From Selaginella moellendorffii (taxonomy: Eukaryota; Plantae; Lycopodiophyta): 64,000 nucleotides of DNA. Made by a program: the position numbers and the translations under genes. The DNA lies in the NCBI RefSeq assembly GCF_000143415.4, contig NW_003314268.1, positions 2,860,559-2,924,558 of the forward strand. Reading direction: 5' to 3'. Positions 1 to 11,458 of the stretch are shown here, piece after piece. Position 1 is the stretch's first letter. Each line of letters starts with the position of its first letter. The notes under the pieces were generated by a model. That model made no database searches. It was not told the DNA's origin and was given only the letters and a program-made list of their open reading frames with translations.

Positions 1-1942
1 AGAGGAGAGGAGGAGGATAGAAACCGTCATAAAAAATACTCATACCATTTCCGACATGGAGAAGTCTCTGACAGTGAAGCTGCTGACTTCAACAAGCTTG
101 TACTGGATAAGTGGAATCCTTTGCATCAACTCCTGCGTGGCAATACTGATTTGCATGCAATACGGTGGAGATCGTTTCTGCCCAAGCCGCTTGGTATGTT
201 TATTTGTTTATTGTTTATTTTGTTTAAAACGTTGTCTCCACACTTGCATCAGAGTTCCACGGGAGCCAAACCACGTTTGGGGGTAGATATGTGCTTGACA
301 CACTCAACCAAGAGGAAATCTTAGGCTGGGACCGGATCAGAAAAGATGTTTGTGCAGACTATAAGGGAAGAGGCTTTGAACATTTACAAGTTTCATATGT
401 GGAAGGAACGGAGCCTGACCAGCTTGGCGTTCCTTTAGGTACTGTTTTCTAATCTTTCTTCTTTGCTACAAATCCTTGTCCTTGAATGCAGGGAAGAGCA
501 TGTATGCCTGTGATGAGGCTGAGGCAAGTGTCAGAGTCAAACACTACGCTGCCTGTGGCCTTTGTTTTGCAGCGCTGTTGGAAAGTATTTTTCGGGTCCT
601 TGACAAAGACGAAGCTCTGCCTAATATTTTGGTGAAGGTTCTGGCCCCAGTTAAGACATCAAACGGGAAGCAAATTCCGGACGTAGAGGTTGAAGTTGAA
701 AGGTCGAGTTCGAGGTGCAGGTTCGTAGTAGATGTGAAGAGTCTGAAGCGGAAGGGTGATGACATTCAGGAGGAGACCAGCGCGAAGAGAAGCAGGGTGT
801 CGTCGTCTGGTCAGAAGAGCGACGAAAGCGATGAAAGCGAGGAGAACAACAGCATGAGCAAGAAAAAGCAGCGTATTGTTCTCAGCGACGATAATCAGGA
901 GCTTCTGAGCCCGCCTCTACAAACGGCTCGAGGCCAAATTGGTGAAATTCACAGGGCAAGGCAGTCTCAAGACGGGTTTGTATCCAACGGCGTGCATGTT
1001 ATAATCGTCCGGACTGACTCCACCAAATCCAAAAATCGGGTACTGAAAATGGTGGAGGGTAGCGACATAAAGATAGGAGAGGCCAGGAGTTTAGATATGG
1101 ATTCAAGGGGGGTCGATCAAGTCCTCAAAGAGCTAGTTATTGCTCTGATCAAAACCGGGTTCCTGCCACAGAGTTTGCTTCAAGGTGATGTTAGTGGTGC
1201 TGCTGGGTTGGGAGCAGAGACAATGGAAGTAAGTGTTGATGAAGAACAGCTAGTTCGACCGGTTAAGGCTGAGGCAGCTGAGAAAGAGCACCGGTATCTA
1301 TTCCCCGTGACAATCCATGGATCGAGATTGAAAGCCTGGATTAAAGCGGCAACAGTAGGTGATCGGTACAAGCAGGTTCAGCGAGAGCTTTTAATTCGTC
1401 AGTATCTGTGTCCAGAGGACTCTGTGAAGGCGAGGGCAGTAGTCTGGAGGGGGGTTCCTGCGTTACTCTTGGAAGATGCGGGACAGAAAATCAACAGAGA
1501 CACGATGGCGCCTGAAGACGTTTTCCATATGACAAAGGCCATTTATATGGTACTTTCTCATGTGTATGGCGAGCATGGGATTTCGCACAATGATGTTGCA
1601 CCCCGCAACATCTGCCAGGACGAAAAGGGATGTTACCGACTTATTGACTGGGGATTAGCAAGCCGGCTTCCCGATATTGATCATCCCGCCAATGTACCTG
1701 ATTGGCTTTATTCAGGTACTTGCTTTTTTTCTGGAAGTCAAACTCCAGGAATCCATTCCGATTTAGAAAGCCTGGTATATGTGGCACTTGACTGTCTTCA
1801 TGTACCATTGCCATGGGTAAATGCGGCCAGTGATTCTGATATTATTAAGATCCGCAGAAGATTTCGGAGCAGCTTGAACTCCTCAGTGTTGAACGCCTTG
1901 TATCGACCATTGCTCAAAGCATGGCTAGAGCTGGAGATCTGA
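1..1942 (+). CDS. 5'-partial gene: putative PD-(D/E)xK nuclease-like domain plus atypical protein kinase (Crinkler/CR-effector-like); exons <1-193, 253-438, 492-1942
   Basis: Two GT-AG introns (194-252, 439-491) join three open frames in phase. Kinase motifs: AWIK, HNDVAPRNI, LIDWGLA, GT, DLESLVY. The N-terminal part has IPDVEV...VVDVK, GQI and GFVSNG. Confidence 0.7.
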
Positions 1943-2299
1943 ATACCCTATGATTATAAAAAAAACGTCTTAACTTGAATACTCACCCTTCCACAAAGAT
2001 GATTTTCAATCTTGAACTCACGATTGCAGCTCTTCTGATGGCTGGTAAATAGTAGGCAGTCCAAAATTGCATCTAGTTTTTTGGTCATTCGGTGCCTAAC
2101 TGGAGGCATTTGTGTAGTGTGTAATTCTGTAAGTTTACTTCTTTAAACAGGTACTTTGCTTATTAGAGAGGTGGCACATGGTGCAGGGCAAGGTGATAGG
2201 GGGCTGGAAAGCTGGAAAGCTAGGCAAGATCATCTAGAATACTAAAACACCTCTTATGGTGAATGTATAAAGGATTATGTTGTGAAAGTTGTCTCAATG

Positions 2300-5200
2300 T
2301 TATGAATTAATGTGTCCAAGGATATCAAGGAAGACCAAAATTACACTTGTAGACAAGCAAAACAATGTCCAAAGCAATCAACCAAAGGTAATTGTTGAAA
2401 CTTCAAAATGTGAAAGTACAAGCATAGCTATGAGCTGAGAGAATCCATTCTCCGGCAACTTCAAGACCCTTTAGAACTCTAGACTCAATTGAAAATCTTA
2501 CACTATATATTGTATAAGTTTGCAGTAATCACTTTGTTTTCTATACTATAGTAATATGACACAGTATAGCACAAGTCAATGTAGTCAACTATAACTCTTA
2601 CAAAGAAAATTTATGTTAAAAAAATTAAAGTTCTGACAGACTTTAAAATATTAAAATATATAATACCTACGTCAAAAGTTTTTACTAGATTGAGTTATTT
2701 AGAAAAGACAAAGGTCATGAGGACCTATTTATTTTCTTACTAAAAACTATCTTTATAACTATTATATTTTGATTTTCTTTCAATATGAATCAAGATAATT
2801 TTTTTTGAAGGGTAGCCATTAATAGTGTATATTGGTCCAGGCAATATATATTTACATACTATTCATTCATTCTAAAGAGTTGTAAGGCAAATTAATGTGA
2901 GAATATTAATTTCATTTCACTATCATAATTTTCATATTACACTCCTAATCCTTATTACCCATCAGGAAATATAAAAACCATTATCAATTTTGATAAAAAT
3001 GCTCATGATACTTCCAAAACAACAGTCTAGAACAAAAGAAATGAAGAATAGAAATAGCAAAAAAAGAACTAATAAATCTACTCTATAGAGCTTTCCATGG
3101 CATTTGTAATTTATATATTAATTCATATAAAAAAACTCTAATTGCCTGTCTATAGCACAATCCTCCTATATGAGAAGGCCAAGGTATATTTTTGGGATGA
3201 ATCCCCACTAGCATTTTTTGAGAGTCATTTGTGAGTAATAATAATAAAAATCAAAATCTTTTAAAAGACTCAAAAGTGATATCACATCAAAGAATCAAGT
3301 TTATCTACGTTTCCAAGATTGAAAGGTAATCTCATATAAGAGAATACATGTGGGCCTACATGCTTGCATACTTTGCTACTATAATATAGTTTATATTTCC
3401 CTGTTATGTATTTTTCTAGAAAATTGGCACAAGTGTAAAAACAAATATATATAAATAGTCATTAGAATGATAAATATTCTAGCATGTGTATCTAGAATTC
3501 TAGAAGCTCTTCTATTCATAAGTAGACTATGGTTATGAAATCTCATTTCTGAGATTGACATTTCAGTATTATTACTGTCATAATAAATAAACTTCATTCC
3601 CAATAAATATGTAAATGTTAAGAAAGTTAAAATAATGTTAAAAGAAAAGTTAGTTATTATAGTATTTTTTGTTATCCTTACGCTCCAAAAAATTTTAATA
3701 TAGAAATGCCTCAAAGAAAAGTCATTGCTACTCATAGTGAGTCCTTAACATTTCATATTAGTTTCCACCTCCATCCATAAGGCTTACCAACATTCCACAT
3801 TCACCTCCACCATAATCACATTACAATCTTTTTTCGATTGGGGGTTTTTATGAAGTCAAACTAGAACTCCCTATACATAAAATTTTGAATATTATTACTA
3901 TAGAAGGATTACCTTCAATGCTTCAAGAGCAGTGCCACATGTTTTGCAAGATCTTACTCTTGGTATGACAAGACTGTTTAAAAACACAAAATGCTATTAT
4001 ATTCAATGTCTAATATGCTTCTTTTTTTTCAGACAAGACAAATGTCTTCATTACAAAATTTTCTTAAACACTATAGCAATTGCCTAACAACAGGTCTAGA
4101 AAGTGTGAATGTACAATAAATTCAAGAATAAGTTATGGACACATACCCACTATTGCTTCATGGTAAAGATTGGGAAACAATGCATTGGCTAGTGTAGAAT
4201 ATAGGTTTTTTAGGCTATTGACAAAGTCAATGATGGGGAGTTTCCTCAAGTTAAAGTCTACTACACCCAATCTATAGAAGAGCTAACTCTTGATTTAATG
4301 GGAATTAGTGAACAAATTGAGAGTTTGATTCTAAGATGCCTAATATGCCTTTTTTTTCTTGGGTTAGGACATTTTTATGGCTTTTTATGGTTTTCTTGAG
4401 CACTGCTACAACTACTACATAAATGGTGTTATCACTTCATATATAATTGTTGACAAGATATTGAAGGATGAGATGACAACACACAAGCATTGCAAATTGA
4501 TTGCATATGAAAATACCAATTTGCAATTATGGAATATAATATTAACATTGACAACTAACACTGACACTATTACCGCATTTTGATATATGACAGGATTTTC
4601 TTCTCAAGTAAGGATTCATTTAACTTTCTTTTATGTCATCATCAATATATCATTTCCTTCTATGCCTCTTTCTATATCGGGATTGTGCTCACTTTATATT
4701 TGTTAAGCCATAGCTTTTGCATACTTTGGGAGACTTCTAAAACCTCCAACTCTAAAAACTCAAGATCACTATGATCTATACATGTATTGCAATCTTACTA
4801 CCTATCATTTACCTCCTTGAGGTTACAGGTAGCTCTAAGCTAANNNNNNNNNNNNNNNNNNNNNNNNNNNNNNNNNNNNNNNNNNNNNNNNNNNNNNNNN
4901 NNNNNNNNNNNNNNNNNNNNNNNNNNNNNNNNNNNNNNNNNNNGTTATAGTTTTCCCAATTATATAAAAAGGATGCATTCTCAACTAGATTTCATACATA
5001 TTTTGGATTTGCAACAGAACTTTAAAGAGTATAAATCTGGTATGTTGCATTATTATATTGTACTATTTTAATCTATGAATGGTGTTTTTTGTATTGTGTA
5101 TAAACCTAAATTATAGGCACATGCTCTAAATGTCATTGAGGAGTATTTGTATATATGGCTAAAACTGAACTCATATTGAGAATCAAAACTATGTCATTGA

Positions 5201-5430
5201 AGAATTATCAATACTAACATCAACTAACACTGAAGATTTGACAGACTATTAATATGCTATAGTATATAAATATATATAGATGCTATAGATATGCTATAGT
5301 ATTTAAATTCATTTGTACATTGTTATTATTCTTCTTATTACTCTCCTTAAATTTCAATTTATGTTTCACTATAGATTTTTATAATTAGCATAAGGAAGAT
5401 AGAGAACTCCAAAACCTATAAAGAAGGATG
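2300..5430. other. Very AT-rich, CpG-depleted region, probably decayed transposon sequence; family not identifiable
   Basis: Only short ORFs; composition resembles the other decayed TE sequence in the window. Confidence 0.35.
4844..4943. other. Assembly gap (100 N)
   Basis: Run of N. Confidence 0.99.
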
Positions 5431-6842
5431 AAGAACATTGAGGTAAGATAAGTTTAAAAACATGAATAAGTACTTTTTCAAAAACTAAATGTCACAAAGC
5501 ATATTACAATGGATTTATTAGAATTATAGTTGACTTAATGGAGAATAGAGACAAAAAAGCTGACTAATTGGATGAAGACAAAAAAATTATCTTGAAGAAA
5601 ACCAAAGGCAAAAGTAAAATAGAAAATAGTGATTATTATTTAAAAATGAAAAAGTGTTTTAATTATGGAAAAGCTTCAAAACACTATAAGAGGATTCATG
5701 AGAAACTCTAAACACATATCTATTTAATAATTCTCTAATTTAAATTCAATTCTTCATTAAATGTTTGTTCACCTATATTAGGTGTTAATTAAGATTTGAA
5801 ATAAGGCTTTAGTTTTCATTCACTTGCATTTCTCTTTGCCTCAATAATTTGATTTTTCTTTCTCTGGAAAAAAACATTTAGACCACACTCAACTTAATTC
5901 ATAAACAGCAACATTAGACAATTATTTTAATCCTTTAGACTTTAAATTTTAAATTGTTGATATCATTTACATTTCAAAAGCTTGAGAAGCCTGTAACTCT
6001 TGTGAGCCTCACTAATCTAGCATTATCAAGTTTGTGAATGATGCAAAGATTATGTAGTAGACAAACACAAACCACACACAAAAGATTCTTCAAGGTGGTA
6101 TCATTAGTAGAGATCTGGCCAATTGTTGGAAAAATTTAGAACAAATGAAAATTTGCTATATAGATATTTGACATTATCTGTATTATACAGCTAGGAGGTC
6201 TAGAGGTATAAGCACTTTTAGCAAGTGGAGCCAACATAAACAAATACATGTAGGACTTTTTATGTTGGGGCTGGATTCTGCCACCATGGATGATGGCAAC
6301 CAAATGGGTTGTAGCTAAAGTTGGCATTAGAAGAACGTAGACACATAGTCTTCTGTCTTTTCACAATTGAGCTTGTGAAGGCAACTGTTCCAAACCCTAA
6401 AACATGTACCCTTATATTTCTCAAGCTTTACTATGATTTGCCCTACTATTTAGCTGTGAAAAAATGTTTAAGAGCAGGATGAGAATCTCTAAATCTATTC
6501 CATGTTGAGATCAACATAAACTAGCAGATTGGTGATCGGAGAGGCTACAGTTGAAAAGGTCTTTTCAAAGGACAAAGGCAAGAAAAAAATAATGAGTGGG
6601 TATTTTGAAGAATATTGCTCCCAGCCAGTGGAAGAGTGAGAATGGATTTGGATGAAGAGGAATGAGGGGTCTTTTCTCCAGAAGTCTGGTGAGCGATGAG
6701 AAGCTTCTTTTGCCATTTCTCCTTTCGTCTCTCCCTTATGTTGGGCATAGGCTTGCCCAAAGCTCTCATCCATATAAATACCCTCGCCGTCTAACATCCT
6801 GCTTCCAGTCTAAAACCCTAAAATAAATAAAAGTTCTAGGGT

Positions 6843-7895
6843 ATGCAGGTGCTCTTGGACCTCGACCGGACGCTTGTTCGCCTCGATCGCGGCGGCAAAC
6901 ACTCTGCCGGTGGCGATTCCTACGCGCCGCTGCATGGATGCCGCGAGTTTCTACTCGCGCTCAGCCAAATCCCAGGTATGAGCGTCAGCTTCTTCAGCTT
7001 CGGCCCGGAATCGCGAAACCCGCTGCTCGTTGCAAGCCTCCTGGCCGACATTTTCCCAGCATGCACAGCAGGAGGCCTCAAGGATTGCAGTGTCTTCTCG
7101 CAGAACCATCTCTACCGGGTGGACGGATTCACAGTGGGATCTCCCACGGCGATCGAGGTGGACATGGAGCAAACCATCATGGTGGACGACATGGCTTGCT
7201 CGGTGTGCGCTCCAGGAGAGGAGAGGAACTTCTTGCCAGTTTACAGTGGAGAGTTCCAGTTCACAGGGGCTGGAGCTGCGTATCCGTGTGGGATCTTCCA
7301 GGTGCGAAGAGACAACAGCCTTGTCCGTGTGCTGGGGATGATCTTGTGGTGCATCGAGGCCTCCAAGGAGCGAGATGTGAGCCTGGTGGAGGCTCTCACG
7401 GTCTTGCAGTGGGATTTGGAGCCGAGCACGTACCGGCACAGGCAAACCAACAGCGAGAGGATCTATAGCTTGGGTCTGGCGGCGATGAGACGCTTCAATC
7501 CAGAGATCGAGCTGCTCACGGAGAAGCAAGGATTTTTGCCGTGGTCGCCGCCGCTGGCAGTGCTCAATCCTGCGTCCCAAGCGCTTTCGTGGTACCGCCA
7601 CTTTGGCTTCGATGAGGAGCAAGTGAGGAGGGTTGTGAGCAGCGGAAGATTGGTGGCGTGGAGAGAAGAGTTTGCATCAAGATCAAAACCACAGGTGACA
7701 GTCGTCGAGATTTTTGGTGGTTTTAGCCTCAGTCTTCCTCGAGAACTTTCTGACCAGGCAACCAAACGTGTCTCGAGTGATATCGTGAATTATAGACTGG
7801 AGAAACACAGCAACATCGAGCTAGCTTGTGCGGCACCCGGACGATTTAAGCTTCGGTTGAAGGCTTTGAGACTATGCGACTTTGATGAAGCATGA
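6843..7895 (+). CDS. Intronless HAD-superfamily (FCP/SCP/NIF-like) phosphatase, copy 1; lacks the presumed motif III segment
   Basis: LLDLDRTLV (motif I), FFSFG (motif II), IMVDD (motif IV); 350-aa ORF. Confidence 0.75.
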   Translation: MQVLLDLDRTLVRLDRGGKHSAGGDSYAPLHGCREFLLALSQIPGMSVSFFSFGPESRNPLLVASLLADIFPACTAGGLKDCSVFSQNHLYRVDGFTVGSPTAIEVDMEQTIMVDDMACSVCAPGEERNFLPVYSGEFQFTGAGAAYPCGIFQVRRDNSLVRVLGMILWCIEASKERDVSLVEALTVLQWDLEPSTYRHRQTNSERIYSLGLAAMRRFNPEIELLTEKQGFLPWSPPLAVLNPASQALSWYRHFGFDEEQVRRVVSSGRLVAWREEFASRSKPQVTVVEIFGGFSLSLPRELSDQATKRVSSDIVNYRLEKHSNIELACAAPGRFKLRLKALRLCDFDEA

Positions 7896-8113
7896 TATTC
7901 TTGTGCTCTTGGAGTTTTTGTTCTTGGTTTTGGTGGGTTCTTTATTTGGGAGTGTAGATCTCAGTCTCTTCAAGCAAGTTCTTTCACACCTAAAGACTTG
8001 GAGCCAGTAATCTGTACAGAGAGAATAACACAAATAGGAACTTGTTTCATTTTCCAGGACACAAATTGAAGTCCTTATATGGGAGATCCGATGTTTCTAA
8101 TCTCTCCGGTAAA

Positions 8114-9367
8114 TCAGATGGCTCTTAACAGTCCCTTGTTTAGCATGTCGGAAACAGTGTCAAACAGCATCCGTTCCAATGGTATGTCAAACTCAGTGAT
8201 TAGCCCCAAGAGCTTCTCTCTTCCCAGATTGTCGGGACGGATTCCCGATTGGTTCCAAACGCTCGTCTCAGCAACGCACCTAGAGTTTCTAGCTTTATAG
8301 ATATCGGCAGAAAGGAACTAGAGACGCTTACTCTTTTGGATATGGAAGCTGCGGGAACTTGGCCCTGAGAATCTTGATAATCTCGCTGTTGGACACAACC
8401 GTTTCCACGCAGAGATAGCGGCCCGAGGCCTCCTCCTTGTTCATGGCCAGAATGTGAGCTTTCGAGACGTCCCTCACGTCCACAACCGGAATGGAGGAAT
8501 CGCGGTAGCTGCTTTCATGACCTGGGGAAACAAGACACATCGATCAGGCTTCTGAAGCATTTTTAAAGCACAAACCATCCACGAAAGCCTTCAAGACCGC
8601 ACTGCTGAGATTCAGCGTTGGCTGGAGCATCGGGCCAAACACGTACGAGGGGCAGATCGTGATGAGGTCAAGGCCGTACTCCTTGGAGAGACTCCACGCT
8701 AGCTTCTCAGACTCCGTCTTGGCTAAAAGATACCATTGCTTGAAACAAGAGTCTCAGTGAGTACAACACAGTAACTTTGTCGAGGGTGAGGATAAGTTTA
8801 CCTTGAGCTTTGTACAGTAGTCAGTATCAGACCAGCAGCTCTCGTCGACAATTCTTTCCGCAGGCCGATTTGGATCGAACATCACCGCAGCCGCGGACGA
8901 CGTGACAATGACCCGTTTGACCCTCTCCTGTGCGCAGGCCTTCAACACGTTGCGAGTGCCGGTGATTGCTGGCACCAAAACATCCTGGGACTCAAAAACA
9001 CAGTCAGCCTTATCCAGAGAAAAGAAATGAAATAGGAGACTACCTCTGGATTCTCAGTCGATGCGGTTACAGGGCAAGCAGTATGGAACACAACTTCACA
9101 GTCCTGAATCGCGTCAGCGATTGAGTCATAGTCGAGCACATCAGCCTTATGTAGTTTTAGTCTCTCGCTTCCATCCAGTTGCTTTAGATGTCCACACTTA
9201 GTGCTGTCATCTGAAAGCCACCATCACTAGATCAGGAACAAAGACAACAAACCAGAACCTGGATCGCGGACAGTGCCATGAACTGAAAAGCCCTTGTTAA
9301 GAAGATCACGAACAATCCACGAAGCAATGAAACCACCAGCTCCAGTCACGCAAATCGCCTTGCCCAT
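8114..9367 (-). CDS. Cinnamoyl-CoA reductase-like (CCR-like/DFR-family SDR), copy 1, multi-exon
   Basis: [59 protein letters not shown]; GT-AG introns. Confidence 0.92.
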
Positions 9368-9609
9368 TCGGACTGAGTTCCTGCGATCAATGGAGACGAG
9401 GAACAGAGTCCCCTGCCTGTGATTTATTCGAAGACTACGTTGCGCGTGCGAAACTTGTCGTTACCTGTTTTACTTGACTGCAAGGAGAAAATTTTGGCTG
9501 AAGAGAAGAAGCTCTTTGAGCACTCGCATTATGTCCAGAGAATATGTCCAACTTACGAAGCCAACCAACTCTGAATTTTGCGCAGCGGCCGTCACGTCAT
9601 GCTTATTAA

Positions 9610-9630
9610 GGGTTAGGGCTAGGGTAAGGG
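9610..9630 (+). promoter_or_regulatory. G-quadruplex-forming (TTAGGG-like) motif in the divergent CCR-like/DUF3754 promoter, copy 1
   Basis: GGGTTAGGGCTAGGGTAAGGG; site II GGGCCCA and ACGT elements nearby. Confidence 0.6.
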
Positions 9631-9883
9631 CGCCTAATAATAGAAAGGGATATTAAAGTAAGCATAATCGAGAAACAGCTAGTTACCCTTGACGGGCCCA
9701 CCATGTCATTAGGCCTTCAGTCAAGATAATATGCTCTCAACCGCGAAATGTCCTAATATTTTTTATTTTCTTCCTTGATCCGCAAGGAGGAGATTCACGA
9801 GTAGGCAGCAAGCAAAGCGATGGCGCTGCCGCGAACAAAATGCAGCTGGGCGGGGGCGCCATCCCTCTATTCTTGCCAAAGCA

Positions 9884-10539
9884 ATGTAAGTACACTGCAT
9901 ATGTTTGATTCTTTCATCTTTCTCGCCTGCCCCTGATTGTGCTTCTTGTCACAGGGACAGGGCGGAGATCGAATTGCGAGTGGAGGACCACAGCATCCGC
10001 CTCAAGCGGGAGATTGTGATCGAGATTCCCAAGAAGGAGCTCATCTCCAAGCTCTGTTCTTCCATTATCGGTCAGGGTACTAGATTGCATAGCATTTTGG
10101 TTTATAAGACCCCTTGCCTTTTCAGCGCATCGGGATGATTTTCTGCTGCTTTGTGACAAGCTGGAGCAAATAACCGCCTTGCAGTATCGCTCTAGACAAG
10201 AGAATCTCACTATAAGCTACAGCATCTGGTCTACTGTTTCAAGTTTTCTTCTCTTTCATTGAAAGAACATTGCAGGATGTCTATGAGCTCTTCAATTCTG
10301 TTGGCAATGTCAAGAAGCTGGAAAGCTTTTCTGAAGCCCAAGTCAAGGAAAGTCAGGATGGATTTCTAGAGCTTTTATCTGACATAAGTGTCTCTCACTT
10401 TTCCTGCTATGGTTCAGTGATTATAATATAGACAAGCTCTCAGGCCATGGACAAAAGTAACTTCAAGGCTTTGAGCACGCAAGAGTTGAAAGTGGCAACC
10501 TCCAGTTAGTATCTGTTACATTTGACCATGAAAAATCAA
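9884..10539 (+). pseudogene. Truncated DUF3754 gene, copy 1
   Basis: Matches the first exons of 30832-33013, with a lost splice donor (gacATAAGT) and a CAG>TAG stop; ends at the retrotransposon remnant. Confidence 0.88.
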
Positions 10540-10546
10540 GATGTGA

Positions 10547-11458
10547 TTTGACGTTTTAGTTGAGGATACATTACATTTTCACTAGTGTTTATTATCCACA
10601 GTCAAATGGTTTGGTGAAATGGCTTATTTAAACTTTCAAAAAGATGATCGTGAAGTAAATGAATTTTCAACATTCAGATTAAGATGGTTATTTACTGTCT
10701 CTTTGGTATGCGTATTTATAAGGGTGTAAAGTTTTATTGGTGTTTCACCATATAAATTCCTATATAGTTATAATCCAATACTACCAACAAAGTTGGGTTT
10801 ACCTTAGGGATTGCTGTGGGCTACCAATGCTAAGTTATGGGATCAGTATTTGACAAGCATTTTTCCACTTGTTTGAGTAAAATCTGCCAAACACCTAAGC
10901 TGTGTACAAGTGGGACAACAACAATAATATAACTCCCATCATCATCCACCTATAGAATACAAAGTGGATGAATTAGTATTTGTTTGTTTTCTCAATATTA
11001 TGGTATGTGTTTATCTAAAAGGCTTCTTGCTTAGTGGAAAGGTTTATATCGAGTGTTGTAATAAATTGGATTGCAAGTTTATGTGGTTTGGCATGACATC
11101 TAGCAGATCGATCCTCCAGAAATTATGTATATGCAGTAGCTAAAACACTTTGTATAAAGAGATCAAAAATAATTAACACCACCTACAGTTCTATCAATGC
11201 CTCCTCCTGATGTTCCTTTGGATCCCAACCCATCCACGAGAGAACCCTAATGGTCTTCCATCATTCCGAGAAGAGGGAGTGATGTGAGGTCCAAGTGTAT
11301 AGCTATAATGCCATATATTAATATGAGCTTTGTGAGATTTTGGTAGTCATCATATTAACTTCAATCTTGACCACTTGTTATTGTATATAAGCTAGGGTTT
11401 TTAAGCTAATTGATACGCATACTTTTTGTACTCTCTTTCCATATTCCCTGCACTCACA
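10547..11458 (+). mobile_element. Decayed Ty3/gypsy remnant (integrase 3' end, PPT, 3' LTR 11283-11458)
   Basis: Colinear with 26086-26998 of the full element; LTR TG...CA; many C>T/G>A changes. Confidence 0.9.

Noticed and set aside
6495-6797. Minus-strand 100-aa ORF upstream of the HAD gene (also 14627-14929)
   Set aside because: Non-ATG start, no motifs, and disrupted in copy 3; its recurrence is explained by the duplication.
6938-7765. Overlapping alternative-frame and antisense ORFs within the HAD gene (and similar ones in CHLH, pol and ALDH3)
   Set aside because: Expected shadows of GC-rich coding sequence.
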